NCBI GenBank assembly: GCA_964106645.2
Contig: OZ067038.1
Direction: 5' to 3' (one strand)
DNA: 64,000 nucleotides
From: Podarcis pityusensis
Lineage: Eukaryota
A program made the position numbers and the translations under genes. The notes under the pieces are model-generated. The model ran no database searches. It had not been told where the DNA came from and saw only the letters and a list, made by a program, of their open reading frames with translations. Shown here piece after piece: positions 27,696 to 41,997 of this stretch (within the stretch, counting starts at the first letter, position 1; each line of letters opens with the position of its first letter).

Positions 27696-28170
27696 ATTAA
27701 ATTTGTCTGGATTGTTCTTGATAAGTTTAAAAAATTACAAGCAGCGCAGAAAAGTATGTGAATGAAATTGTAGAAAATGCCCTGCAAGAGAAAAGTTTGC
27801 TGCAACTCTGGTCAGTGGTTGTTGTTGTTGTTTCTTTGTCTCAAGTATTAATATAATGACATGTCATTTCTACTTAATATTCTAAACAGCTTCCTAGTTT
27901 GATTGCTTTGCACAGCTAATATATGCTTTATTAGCAAGCTATGTCGATTGTTGTTGCATGGGCTGTTTTTCTGTATTATTATTTTTTAAAATCACAATTC
28001 ACATTACTTCCTTTGCAAACTAACCTATAATTTCAGTTCCAAATATGTGGTGTATTCTGTTCTTTATAATGCATGTGTTTCCCTTTTAATTATCTAAGAA
28101 AGAGGCTGGCTTTGTTTCAAACATGGGTACATTGTCATGATTTCATGTCCCAATGCTCCCATGCGTCCAG

Positions 28171-28206
28171 TTTGTCCATCATGTGGAATATCAGTCCTGT
28201 CTTTAA
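28171..28206 (+). CDS. SLC1A2: GLT-1c/EAAT2c-like alternative terminal exon
   Basis: ccag| then in phase 0 FVHHVEYQSCL*; the mammalian GLT-1c tail, as I recall it, is SLHYVEYQSWV. Confidence 0.75.
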   Translation, partial: FVHHVEYQSCL

Positions 28207-29046
28207 GTTTTCATGCGAAGCTGAGGACAGTAACATGAAAGGTAAGCTAGGAAATAATGGGGTTCTGTTTAGAATTAGATGAAAGACTCCCTTACTATGT
28301 AAAGGTCCAGTTCATTTCTGCCCAGTCAAACAAGCACATTGGCCATTTTGGCTTATCTAGCCATGCATAGCACATCTCCACTGGGGAAAAAAGATGGCGC
28401 TTGGCTGGCTGTGGGGTTGTTGTTTTTTTCCTTTAGAAAAAATATTGACTGCTGAGATGTTGCTTACAAGCCAGTATTTCCCATGGAATGATTTACCATT
28501 CTTGGTCTTCCACAATTGTTATCAAGTTAACATTGAAGTGTGAACCTTTAGCTGAGACTCTGATATGGCTGTTTGTGGTTTTGTATGTAAAATGCAGCCT
28601 TGTTAAGTATGGTTTGACTCAGTTGTAACTGCACCTTCAACATTACACAATCGGACACAGTAGTGAACAGTAATGTTTCCCAGCAGGTCCTTGTGGAGGA
28701 TCAATTCTGCCGTTTACTATTTAGCTTTTTGTAACATATGTGCATATGTATGTGTGTATGATTCACATATGTATGTGTATCTCTGTGCACATCAGGCCTA
28801 TAGACCTGATTTCTCAACATTCTGCTTTGCGGACAGAGCACTATTGTAATTTTGAGTTCTTCCTGCAGATTGAGAAACATTGAAAGGGCAGAACTGATTC
28901 AGTACAAAATAAAAACACGTATGTATATTTTCACACATAGATTTAATGTAAATCTTGTAAATATTCAGTTTTGCTGTTCAATTCTTGACATTTCTCGCAA
29001 AAGTGCCTTGATCTTTAAGTTAGGTGTTGATGACAATTATTTACAG

Positions 29047-29121
29047 GTCACCCTGGCAACAAACGGCAAATCTGCAGATTTCAATGCTGTTGAAGAAGAA
29101 CCTTGGAAACATGAGAAATAA
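29047..29121 (+). CDS. SLC1A2: SLC1A2 last coding exon (GLT-1a C-terminus)
   Basis: tacag|VTLATNGKSADFNAVEEEPWKHEK*; the human tail is [23 protein letters not shown]. Confidence 0.96.
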   Translation, partial: VTLATNGKSADFNAVEEEPWKHEK

Positions 29122-30572
29122 GGAAGGAACAATCCGGGTCCACCTCTAATAAGCCCCAGAAGTTGTCTTGTGGTAAAAGCTGGTATCAAGATTCAAGAAG
29201 ATTTTTCACTGTCTTCATTTAGTATAAAAACTATTCGCTTATTTAATGCTCTTAACGGAAACTTAGAAACAGTCTCATAAAGTCATTGCTCCTTTAGCAT
29301 CTTTGCCAAATAATTCATAACCATGTCTCTCAATTGTGTCACCATTTGAATGGATGTGGCTGAAGGACACCCTGTCAGTTCAAGAGATGTATTTTTGCTG
29401 GGCTTCCTCTGTTCAACTCAAGACGTAGAGAATGTAGATGCTGCAAAAGAGGAAAGATCAGAAAGCCCCAATGGCTGGTGAGACTCTGGCTAATAAGCAT
29501 TAAGTATAATGTAAAAGGTGCAGTCTTTTGCAATGCCTCTTCTCCTGCTGTAGATGTCAACCAGCACCTTGGTGCATATCAAATACAGTTAGCACTGTGG
29601 ACTGTAATATATGATCACTGTAAATGTTTTATATGTGCTTTATTAATACGTGGCATATGATATTCTCAGTTCCCTATTATTCATGCCATCCTCACATCGA
29701 TGGTCATATCCCAGTTCTTTTAACCATCCAGAGCCCCATGCATGCCAGATCCCAGGGGATATCATCATTTTTGTCACCCAAAACTTGAAGGTATAGGAAA
29801 AATGATTTGCAGTTTAGAGTGGTGGATGGGTGTGAATGCCTGTGTGCATGGTCCCCAAAAATGAATTAACCCCTGGGCAGCATGTATACATGGCTTGACC
29901 ATGATTTTTTCTCCAATTGAGTTCAATCGACTGTATTGCCAGTATATAAATTTAGGTGTGAAATATGTACTTTTCAGAGCTAATAAACCATCCCAGATTG
30001 TATACTATTCATACTAGCAACTAGCACAATTCTGATTATCCATACAAGGAGAAACATAGACTGCAATATGTGACTGTCTCAATCCAGCAACGTCAAAGTA
30101 CCATATAGATGCATATCACTGGTATTTCAGCAGGAAAATCTGCAGCAAGTAATATCTTGTCACCCTTTCGCTGAGACCTGGGATGGAACAAGTTGCTATT
30201 CTTTAGGGATAAAATGTCTGCAAATAAATCACATCTTTTGCATTCATTTTGCTAAAAACAAACTTAGCAAGTTTAATATTGTTTAACAGCTGGAAGCTAT
30301 TTATACACTGGAGAAAATGTTTTATATGTTTGGTCCTTGTGAACAGAGAACTGAAACGTAAGATATGGTAATAATCTTGTCAGTTATATCTTGGTTTGTA
30401 CAAATGGGTTTGGGTAAAGAATATCCATTCAGAATTGTAACAGAATTATATTTAGTAGTTGTTGTGATGCCCAAACTGCAATAATTCCTTGACAACCCAT
30501 CATAAAAGGACACACTGCCACAGCAAATATCTGTAAGTTGGAGCAGGAAAGATTTAATCTCTTGTTGACAGA

Positions 30573-30706
30573 TCATAGAATTGCAGAGTTGGAAGGGTCA
30601 ATGAGGGTCATTTAGTCCAACCATCTACAATGCAGGAATCTTTGCCCAACATGGTGCTAGAGCCAAAAATATTGAGATAAAGTGTCTCATGCTCTACTAA
30701 CTGAGC
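30573..30706 (-). mobile_element. tRNA-head/CR1-tail SINE in the SLC1A2 3' UTR
   Basis: catagaattgcagagttggaagg...tgcaggaatctttgcccaac resembles a CR1 3' end; tRNA-like head at the right end. Confidence 0.55.
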
Positions 30707-33700
30707 CACTCTGAACATGTTTGCCTTCCTGCAGACTTATACAGAGTATTATCCTTCGCCAAACAGGCATGAAGGATTTCCCATAGGTTTCAACAGAATC
30801 ATGTTTCTCCCTTTTGCTCTGTTCATACATGAACGTAACTTCGCAGGCTGGGTCATAGGAGGACTAGCTTTGTCTCCCGTTAAACCAGCCTGCGCACCCA
30901 TTCTTCTTGATCACCTTGAATTCTGGAGGTCATATAATTTAACTAAGTGGCCAGAGATGGGGTGGGGTAGGCTGTGTGGGAGAGCTGTGCTCATATCTTT
31001 CAATTCCCAACTAATTTGACACACTGAAGGGAGAGAGGAGAAACAGCTCTGCTGATTCCTTGACATAAAGGCAGTGTGCTCTTGTAGGGAAGGAATCTAC
31101 CCGTGGATTTTTATATTCTGATATTATACTTTTCATGGAATACATACATTTTGTAGAATTGAAGGCCCTACCCCATCTTTTGTGCACATGCTCATGTTAA
31201 CATCAATGAGGTACCATGGGGATTGCTTACATACGTATTTCTATTCTTCCCCACATCACTTTATACTTGGCGGCTGTTCAGTGCACAATTAGAATGAGCA
31301 AACAAGGTACTGAGCCAGCAATGTGATTTCCAGACCCCTGTCTAGGGTAATGGTTTGAGCAATACTAATAAAAAAATACCCCATTGCTTTTATCTTATTT
31401 TATAAACTAGGAAGACGTTCTCAAATTGAAATGGGGATAAATTCCGCATGTGTGCAGAGTTAAGAGTTTTTGAATGGATATCAACAGAAAGAACACCTTT
31501 TACAAAACTGGGGGAGGGGGGAGGAAGGGATTTTTGTATGTTTTATAACTCAGGGATTTTCAATCTTACGATACTCCTTTCCCAACAATATAAAACAGGG
31601 AGAGGGAAGCAACTATTATATTGGAGGCCTGCATATTTTATCTTCTAGATAAATGCTATTACATAATTCTGTTGTTCTAACTGGTCAACTGAATGTCCAC
31701 AAGTATTTCTATTTAATTATGAAGTCTAAATATTCTTAGCTGCCATTTCATAGTTTGCTTAGCCAATATGAATCTAGGTTGCTAAACTGGGGGGGGGGGG
31801 GGAATGAACCCTGTAAGTGGTCACAACACTAACACACATTCCTTTTTTTAATAGACTCTTCTTTCAACTTGCAAATGTTCTATATTTTCAACATGAATTT
31901 GCACACTATGCTTTTTCCTACTAGCCTGAGGCATGCCATCTTTCAATACCATGTTCCATTCCTCTCTTATTAGGATGCAGCTTCTACCAAGGGGCATGTA
32001 AAATCAACTGTAATCATCTCTGCAACCTAATCTCCCATCTCCAACTGTCCCTTCTGCCCAGACTTGTGATTTTAATCTAGACAGAATCAGTGACAGGAAA
32101 CAATTAAAAGTATCATTTGTAGGAAGTTATACGGAAGACCCTGACATTTCACCAACACTTCAAGCTCTTTCCAGCATGAGTGTGTGTAGTAAGAGCATGT
32201 GTGTGTTTTAGTGCTTTCCCTGCTTAGGCTCAAAACCTTTCCCTTTTTGTTTCAGTCATTCTTGGGCAGGTGAATGCTTAAGTAAGTAGCAGGTGAGAAA
32301 CAATTTCCACTTCATTTGCTTCTCTTGACTAATTTTGCACCAGCACTTTGGATGAAATGATTTCTTTGCTCAGGTCTCGCTTGCTAGTCTGCATAATTAA
32401 GAGGACCTTGCTTTAACCTCTTTGTAGATTCTTTATAAAAGGGATCTAAGATTTCAGAATGCTGATATCACATTCAGAACTCTGCCTCACATTGTCGTCA
32501 AGGGAAATGAAGGATGTTGAGCACTTTGCATTAGACCTTCTCTAGCATCCCATTCACTTGAAAAAAGGTGACCAGGTTGTAATTTTGTATTGCTCTTGGG
32601 TGGCTTGGCTTTGTTCTTTGGCTAGTACCATTTAAGGACTTCAAAAAATAATTAATGGCATAAGGTGACATCCAACATGAGTCATACTCAGAGCAGACCT
32701 GAGTACATTGATTTTGGGTCTGCTCGGACTATAACTAATGGGTGGGTACACAGGTGTACTTAGGCTCCCTTGCACCCTTGGCAAGGAGACACATCCCCCT
32801 CTTATCTTGCACCCTTGCAAGAGGATCCTGCACATGTCGCCTGGTCTCCCTGACCAGGGAAGAAGCAGCCTGGGGAGTGTGTGGACAGGCAGGTGGGCTC
32901 CTACTTAACTTGACCAACCCCTAGATACACCCCTGGGTGTATCTTCCTTAGATTTCAAGGACAGCAGGCTGAGGTTTGGTCTTTGCTGGTGGCAATTCCG
33001 TTGATGTTCTGCTTTCAGTGGATTTCCATAGGACACAATCAGTAATTCATACTTGTATAAGTAAATCTATTGAGTGTGGGGAAGGATCCAAACTCTTGTG
33101 CCCTATTCCTATTTACTTTAACCCTCCTCTTCCCAAGAAACTGGAGTTTCTCCTCTTCTTCCCATAGCTCCTTGGCTCTCCTCCCCTCTCGTTTGTATCT
33201 CCTCTAATCTTTTCTTCTACCAAATGTCTCACCTGTACTTCTCTAGTTTCTCAAAACGAAAAAACAAACAAAAAAAAGCCCCCCCTCCCTTCCTGCCCAG
33301 ACATGACCCTGGGCCTGGAGCTCCTTCTATCTTTCTCTTGCTCATCATTGTGATACCTGTTTATCTTGCAGCTGCTAACATTTTTTCAAGCAGCCACTCT
33401 AGCCATGTAACTCCATCTCTAATGCTCTTCTTTTCTCTACATGGAGAGAGAACTTTATGATGCCTGAAAATCAGTGGGCTGGGCAGAGGTTCATTGAGAT
33501 ATGTAATGTAATGGAGGTATGAAATATGTAATGATATGTAATATGTAATGGAGGTATGAAGCAATGAAACGGAATGAGGACAGTCCTCCAGTGTTACTGG
33601 TCAACATTTGTCACAATTAATCGTATTGTTTTCCATTTATTATCCACACAACTTCAGTGGGGTAGCATTTTATGTCACTAATTTGGGTTAAAATGGCTTG

Positions 33701-36700
33701 AGTTCGGCATAATACATGTGTAGTTATCTAATCACCAGTATTACATTCATTCTGATTATGTGACTAAGCCAAGCTCTTAGCCAGACCAAGCTTTGTGTTG
33801 CTGCAAGTTTGCCTAATATGCACTGAATGGCATCGCACACTTGCTTGGATGTTGGGTTATAACACAAGTCAACCTACCTACATTTCAGCTGACTGAAAGC
33901 AGCCTCTAAGCCACCCAACACTCTCTCAGTTGTCTTGGAACAGCCTTAACCAGCAGATAAAGAGAATTCATTATCCAACCCAGTCTTTGCTGGGTTTATT
34001 ACAGTATTTCCTAAAAGGCAAAAAGCAAATATGTGCACATAGGACCTCTACATATTCAGGGATCCCCATTCCATTAACTGGAGGGATCTGATTTATTCCT
34101 TCAAAACTGATCTATTGCTGGAACAAGAAGATTATTTGAAATTAAGTTCCTTTTCAGTCAGTGGCACACAGATCCCTCAACTATTGTCTTTAAAACCAGG
34201 GTTTGTGCACATTTATTCAAGACATGGACACAATTTAATACTGTGAGTCTTTCACATTAACAGTATTTTGTACATAACACATAATGCTTCACAGGGATTT
34301 TTTCATTGATTTTCTACAGCTTTGAAAGCTTATTTGCAAATCTTGATTACCAGTTGATATTTTTCAGTCAGTGCTGTAGATTCCAACATTCCATTTTTTT
34401 AACTTCTTCCAAGCTTCTTCTTCAAGCTTCCTTTTGAATACTGCAACAACAAAAATCCCCTTCTTTCCTGTCCTTCCTAGTGTGAACTGTAATTTATGGA
34501 ATGCATGAGGAAAATATGTATTTCTACTTCTAAATACATCTTCAATTCTAATGTAGGCATTTATTCATACCTTTTGTCCAGCAGCCACAAACTGCAGTGT
34601 AGACTGAATTAACAAATTTAGTATCTGTAATTTGCAGACATACTGATATTTTCTTATACTGTTTACAGACATACCAATATTTTGTTATACAACCTTGTAA
34701 GACAGAGAGAAAGCTACAATATTTACAGGGAATCCATATTAAAGGGGAAATGGAAAATTTTCTTATAACATATATAGATTAGTAAAAATTATCTGTGTTA
34801 TATTAAATTAACGTAACCCTGTAAACTTTATTTATAACCTCTAAGCAAAGCACAAATAGGAAATAAAGGTGTCTTTAAATGCTGCAGTTCATTATGGAAC
34901 ACTATGTTGTTATAATAATCTTAAGATTGATCAGATGAACAAATGATTGATCTGTTATTTTTGATACTTACAGTGTAATCCTATGCATGTTTACTCGGAA
35001 AAAAAAGACCCATTGTGTTAAACAGTGCTTACTCCCTAGTAAGTGTGTTTAGAATCACAGCCTTAACCTGGTGTCTTTACCAGGAGAATTAGGAAGGGTC
35101 TCCACCCTGCAATATACAAAGAGTCTGATGCAGAATAATTTATTCACCAGTATATTTTGTCCCCCAACCCTTCTCCTTCCTGCATTTTCCTGTTGTCCCC
35201 AATGTTTCCAATGGAATCGATTACAAAGTCTGTGTACTTTAGGATTGCAGCTTCTGAAGAAGGCCCTGATCTAGCTGTAGTCATGGGCCATCAGGCATAA
35301 GAACTGGTGTTCCGTAATTGGCATCAAGTGATGCATCCAGCTAGTTCAAAGTGGCTTGGGTGAGAATCATAACGTGGAAGGAGATGAGCATCTGTATTTA
35401 TTTATGTGCACAGACGTTGTTTGCTGGATTGGCCAGAAGCCTTCAGAGACCAGGCCTGCAGTTCCTCCACAGTCTTTTCTAGACTGGCTAAAGTAACAGG
35501 TTTTGCCAGTTCACTTCAAAGCCAGATCACAAGTTTTGCTGCTTGACAAATACTGTACAAGAAAGGAGGCGGCAGCAAAGCCAATAAGGGGTCATAGTTA
35601 TTTAATGAATAACAGCCCAAACTTAGCCATGTGTACTCAGAAGTGAGTCCTGTTGAATTCAAGGGGGGTTATTCCCGGGTATGTGGGTTCTTATGCAGGG
35701 GGAAGGGAACAGAAGACAGGCAAATGGCCACATTCAATGGCCTGCTGAGCTCTTGCTGGTGTAGTCAGAAGTGAGGTTGGAATGGATCTTTTGTTTTTCC
35801 TTGTCTTCTTCCTGACCAAGAATTTATTTTAGGCTAGGACACAAAGGTTTCCACAGGGAGAGTATCAACAAAGTTGGATCTTCCTCTGGAGGGCAGAGCT
35901 TTGCCCTTATAGTGTGAAATTGAATTGGTTTTATGGCCATGGAACACCTCAGTGATCATAGGGTTGCAGGGTCTGTCATGTAAAATGATATTTATACAAG
36001 TTCAGACAACGTAAGGAACTGCAGAACTGTGTTTCATGTCTTTGCCTTTGTACAAAAGGACCAAACAACATTCTTATGGGACCATGTCAATCGACTTGCA
36101 CATATAGAAATACCTCCTGATTTTTAAGACATTTATAAGAAAGCAAGCGGTATATTTTTCACCAGGATGAATGAGATCTGTTTTTCTTTTATTTCCTTAG
36201 CAGTTAATTATAAAGTATCTCTAGTCCTATGGCCTTGCTATTACCCAAGCACATTGAATGAGCAAATAAGAGTTATTAAAACCTGAGGAACAGCTTAAAT
36301 ACAATGTAGATGTTGTCTCTTGGCACACCAACTGCACAGCACACAGAGCAGAGGATATGTACTGAAACCATCAACGATCCATGAAACAGGTATATTTAAC
36401 TAGAGAAACCTGTTGTACATGCCTTGCGTTTGGGTGAGCAAACTGTACAGTAGATCTAGAATGTTGTCAATGTAAACTTATTTTGTAATCCTCTTCTATT
36501 TTAAAAGCAGAGTTTTCAAATACTCTCATAATTAGAGCCAAATGTGTTCTAGTGGTAAGATAAAAGTACTAATGATAGCTGTCAAAGCATGACACTCTTA
36601 TGAATACCAGTCTTGGTGCGTTGTTTTCCTCATGAAGAACAGTGCCTCTCCGCACTTTGTGTAGATAATGTAGCTTATCTTCGTGTAATTTCAGTGAAAT

Positions 36701-38755
36701 TGTGTATACAGTATTAATAGTTGCCATTTGGTTTTTAATTTAACATCAGTTATGCTGGAGTAGAAACTTTATAATATGTTCCGAAAAGAATTTGGGTTGG
36801 GTTGGCTGCTTGTCAGTATTTCCATCCCCAGGTATTTATCAGAATAATCTCCATAGGCAGATAACTGGTTTTATATGTTGATAATATAAACATGTTGGTG
36901 CATGTCAAAGTCTGAATAATTGTTGGAACCTTTTATTGCAGCCGACTCATTGTACATATGTTAGTCTTTGTTTTTATATATCTAACCAGCAGCATGCGAG
37001 TGTGTGTGTATGTTTGTAAATCCCTGGCACTTAGTGAATGTGACTGGCCGTCTCATTTTGCTGCACTGTGAATGCAATATCATTGCTACATTAAAGAATT
37101 AATGTAGACATATTATTCTGAGTTTATAATATTAATATATTTTCGTCTGTATACCTGATATGTTGGAAATGTAGAGACATGATTATTAGTAAGTCGCTGC
37201 ATCAGTTAGCTCATTGGTCAGAAGTAAAAACAAACCTTGCTGTACTCTTTACTTTGGATGCCATGCTTATCGTTTGCAATTGCAATGTCTGTTTCTGCTT
37301 TGCAACATGGACTCCTGCTGTCATCCAACAACATTTCAAGATTCCTCTGATGTTCATTTGCTTTCACTTGTTCACTGACAACAGTATCCACTGAAGAATC
37401 TGCATAACCTGAGCCTGTCATTTTGCTTTAAATCAAGGCACAGACATGCCTGTTAACTATAGACACTGGACTGTTTCCAGCTAAGTTTACTCAGAATAGA
37501 CACACTGAAATTAATGGACCCAAATTGGCCAAATCCATTAATTTCAATGGATCTACTCTGGGTTCATCTAATGCTGGATGCAAGCTTATCATTATCATTC
37601 TTAAGATTTGTGTTACACCAGCTAGCCAGAAGCACAGAGGCAAATACTGCTTCCATTTTTCAAAAGTAAGCATATGAAAAATTATAACAAATCCCATTCA
37701 TGTCAGTTTTGGAAACAGACAAACAACTGTGTTTTTGAGGTGTGCTTTACCTGTTGTGTTTATGTGCAGTTGTATCTCAAAATTTCCATGCACCAGTAAT
37801 CATACTTTTTATATATTAAGAATTTGAATGTCTCTGATAATAAAGAAGCTCTCTGAAAAAGAGCTACTGGTGGAAAGGCTGGCAGGATTCACTGTTGCTT
37901 TCACTCAATAAATGTAGCACCTTTACTGTGGCATATTCCATGGGATAAAATATCCCATACGGAAGCTAGTTGTCATCTGCCTTAAAAGTACTCTATAACT
38001 ATTCCTTTTTTCGATTCCGGCTTACCTATTGTGAATTGCCTTTAGCAATTGCTGAAGTGGCAAATCACTCTGAGCCTGATGACCGCAAGTGTGTGAGACA
38101 AAAGGGGAAAGCCACAAAATCTCAAGATCTGTGCATGTGTTCTTTTTCATATGCAACTATGGGCGAAATCCTATACACATTCGTGGGGGTAAGTTACATT
38201 AAACTCAATGGAACTTACTTCCGAGTAGATATGTATAGGACTGTGCTGTTTAGGGAAATTATTGCGCTCAGGGCCTTTGAGATCATGGCCATTGTGTATA
38301 TCATCAATTTGCAGTTCTTCCCTTGAAATGTGATGTGATCCATTTAGAATACATCCAAAAGAAACCATAAGCCTGGTCTTTGACATTGATTGGAAGTGTT
38401 CATCTGGGAATCGAAATGATGTACTTGTACAGTTCCTGTACCACATTTTGTGTAAAGACTAATGAATGCAGATGCGAAAACTTTCTATTAACTCTGGTTA
38501 CTTTCTTGTATATTGTAATGGGAATGCCTCATTTACTGAGTATTTTTTTTTTTTTGTAGTTTATAGTTCTAATTCTCCTAATCTTCATCTATACCTCCTT
38601 TAGTAACTACAGTATTTGCTTTTAATACTTTCTTACTGTGTGAACTGATTTCTGTAACTTATGTATAAAACAAAACTGGACATTCTTTATATACTGGAAA
38701 TAATCAGCGAAGACAATATTTCACTAAGTGTTGTACTTTTTATGTACATATCATC

Positions 38756-38761
38756 AATAAA
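38756..38761 (+). promoter_or_regulatory. Candidate distal SLC1A2 poly(A) signal
   Basis: AATAAA with several upstream TGTA elements and GT-rich sequence downstream; implies a ~9.6 kb UTR, similar to mammals. Confidence 0.55.
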
Positions 38762-39303
38762 TGTGGATTCATAATTTTAACGGAGTGTCAATTATTACAT
38801 ATCAACTCTGAAAAGAATATGTTATGTGTTTGTGCAAAGTATTTTATTCCCCAACACTATTTCTACTTAGTATATGTAAATCTCTATTTTAAATTACTTA
38901 TACATGGGGAGTTTTTTTGAGTATGACTCAGCTAAGGAAGTCTGTTCTTTTCTGGCAAAGAGGTCTGAAACCATACGTCTGACACAACCAAGCTTGCCTT
39001 GTTACTTAAATTTTGTGGTTTCGATATACCAAAGTTGATCAGAGAATAAATAATCTAAAATCAAAGGTTTCCAGTTGTCCCAGTGCAACGTGCTTTCTAG
39101 GCCAACGCTGTCCATGCACCGCAGACTGTTACATCAAAGCAGGTGAACCAATGGCAGCTGAAGGACATTGCACTTGGGTAGCAGACTTGTCTCTTAAGCA
39201 GCTAATTATGTCCAACACAGAAACAGAAAACCAATTTTTAAACTCCTAAGCAGTGATGCTTCAGTCAGGGAGTTGGTGAACAAAAAAGGGCTGGAAAACT
39301 ACT

Positions 39304-39317
39304 TTTATTATTTTATT
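39304..39317 (-). promoter_or_regulatory. Candidate distal CD44 poly(A) signals (tandem AATAAA)
   Basis: tttatt at 39304-39309 and 39312-39317; a proximal candidate is at 41157-41162. Confidence 0.4.
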
Positions 39318-41789
39318 CATGTCAGGACCAGGGATATTGGGTGTTTTTGTTTAAAGGAAATATCATCTGGCTTCAACTTAGAAAACAATGGAGATCGTTT
39401 CTGTAGAAGAAAACTGCCAAGCCTCAGTAAGTGTTTATAACTTTTGGAGACCACCAGTGTCCCTGATACAAATGGGGGGGGGGGGGAGAGAGAGAGAGCA
39501 ATGAAATAAATAAGCCACAGCTGTTTGAACATGCTGGCTAGAAGAAAATCCTCTGCCCGTGACTCAAGGACATCTAAAAGACGTCTGCTGACACCACTGT
39601 GCCTTGGAAAGGGAGTGAATGAATGACATTCTAATTGTTCCCACATGACACTAAAACAGTAAAAATGGTTCTCTCCACTTGGAAAGAATCCACAGGAGTG
39701 GGGGCTTTTAAAAGGTGGGTTCAAAAAGAGGGTATGCTGCTAGGAATCCATAGCATTTCTGACTGTAAAGAAAACTAGGATTTTGCAGTGGCAATGGTGA
39801 ATAAAATAAGAAACAATTTGTAGTGTTATTATCTGACAAGGTGCAAACATGTTTAAACAGCCAGAGCAGGGTGGAGGGCTGATGTTCGTCTACACAGTGT
39901 AGTGTGATCCAGATTAACAATGTGGTACAGATGTCAATGCTTACCCCGAGCTGTAGCATTGATGCATGGAACACTCCTTCCACAAACAGGCCTACATTTC
40001 TGCGTTGGTATGATAATGTGCATGGTGTTAATTAGGAAGTAATTAGGAGTTTTTAGTTTTTTTAAAAAATATGTCTCTTAAGAAAATTGGACATAAGAAG
40101 AACAAGGAACTGTGGTGATATATTTGCAACTATTTACTGTTATTCAGCTTCATAATATTTGTGTTTGATTTTCTCAGAGATTTTTATGTTAGTTTCTTCT
40201 TAGTCCTACAGGTGAGTTGTATTTCTCATAGCATTTGTCATGTGTAACCAACAGGCCATTTATAGCTTTCTACTGGAAAGGAAGCGATCATTTGCTATTC
40301 ATCTCTGTGGCATATGGAGACTGCTGTGGTTATTTTTATGCGCCCGGTGCAATCAAATGAAGTGTCTGAAGGAAAGGTTAAAACCCCTCTCCAACATCAC
40401 GTTGCAAATATGATTCAGGTAATATGAGACGAATGGACTGTGTACATGCTAGTTTCCTAAGAAGGAACATATTCTCAGCAGAGTGCAACCACCACCATAG
40501 TGCTGCTATGCACAAAAGCAACTTATTGCCCACACACGGCCTGCTAGGATGGGAAATGTGTATGCAAAGGAATGCTGTACATGTGTGGTTCTTGGACCTC
40601 TGAATGGTTCTTGGAGCTACCAGTAGCAGACAGTGTGTTGCAGCAATGGCACTCACCTGACCTCTGATCAGCCACATTGCTGCTGCTTTCAGGAAAGGAG
40701 AGTTAAGTGTGGTGCAAATGTACCAGCAGAGCCAATCTGGCTCCTCTGCTAGTGTGTCTGCACTGCACCAGCCTCCCCTTCTTCCTAGTAAGCAGCTGAG
40801 ATACAACTTATGAGTGCCATCACCCCACCCAACCATCTAACAAGGAGTTACATGTGCTGTTTCTGACATTAGGCTGGCAGCCATGCATGGAACTCCAAAA
40901 TGGAAAGAGTTATTTGAAGTAGACACAACACCCAGACATATAGGGTTTCGATTCAGACCCCCAATTCATTGGAAACATACAAAGGATCCCATAGAAAATC
41001 TACTGTTGTACATCCATTATATCTAAATGTGGTGTAGTCAAATGGAGCTGAATTAATACTTTTAACAAATATTCCAACTATGAACCATGCAATAGATATG
41101 CAACTTTGAAATGCAAAAACAACACCACAGATTGTTTAGATTATAGAGAATAAAAATTTATTTGCTATAAAATCAATTTTATTCTTACTCGCCTTTCCAC
41201 CCTATTAAAAATTGTTATTGGACATTCCTGGAATTTTTGGATAAATTTGTCTTTCTGTATTCAATTACTTCAGCACACAATTCCACATATCAAGAAGTGA
41301 GTGAGATTCAAAAAGATGACAAATCCTTCAGGGCTAAGTGACAAATAAGAATTCTGTTCTGAAGTCTCCCATTGCAATTAATATTGATGTTCTAGGCCTC
41401 AAGGTTATGCTCAGTACCTTAATGCCTTAAAGGCACTGGCTAGAGATCCTGGTGACTCCATTACAATATAATGAAGGGAAAGCTGCACAAGTTAGGGGAA
41501 ATAAGTTGAAGTTGGTATTCTGCCTTATCAAACAGTAGACCACAATTGGGAGACGGGTGATGTTGGTGGTCGCCCATCTGAACCAGGCAAAATTAAGCAA
41601 TCTTGAGCAGAGGAAACACGACATTTTTATCTTGTACCTGACCATTAAAAATAGAGAAAGAAGAAAATGTATGCTTAATTATGCTTCAAAGACATCAGTA
41701 GCTCATTGCATTTGTGAGTTCTAGTCCCAGTTCCGTGCATTGTTTTTTTGCTTCTTCACCTCTGATGAAATTGGATTGGCGCAGCTCTC

Positions 41790-41997
41790 TTACACGCCAC
41801 TCTTCAAGGCCACTTCTTGTTGGTTCTGCGTTTCATCAATTGCCTGGAATTCATCTGTTTGGTTTTCTGGCTTCTCATCATGCACCAAATGAACCATTTC
41901 CCGAGATCTACTGGCTTCTCCATTCAATCCACCCTTGTTTTTCTCATTTATGCCTCCTTTGCCATTGTTGATAATAAGTTTTTGCTTCTGCCCACAT
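41790..41997 (-). CDS. CD44: CD44 last exon, long cytoplasmic tail
   Basis: tag|(R)CGQKQKLIINNGKG...GLNGEASRSREMVHLV...DETQNQQEVALKSGV*; matches the CD44 ICD (RCGQKKKLVIN...KIGV). Confidence 0.95.
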
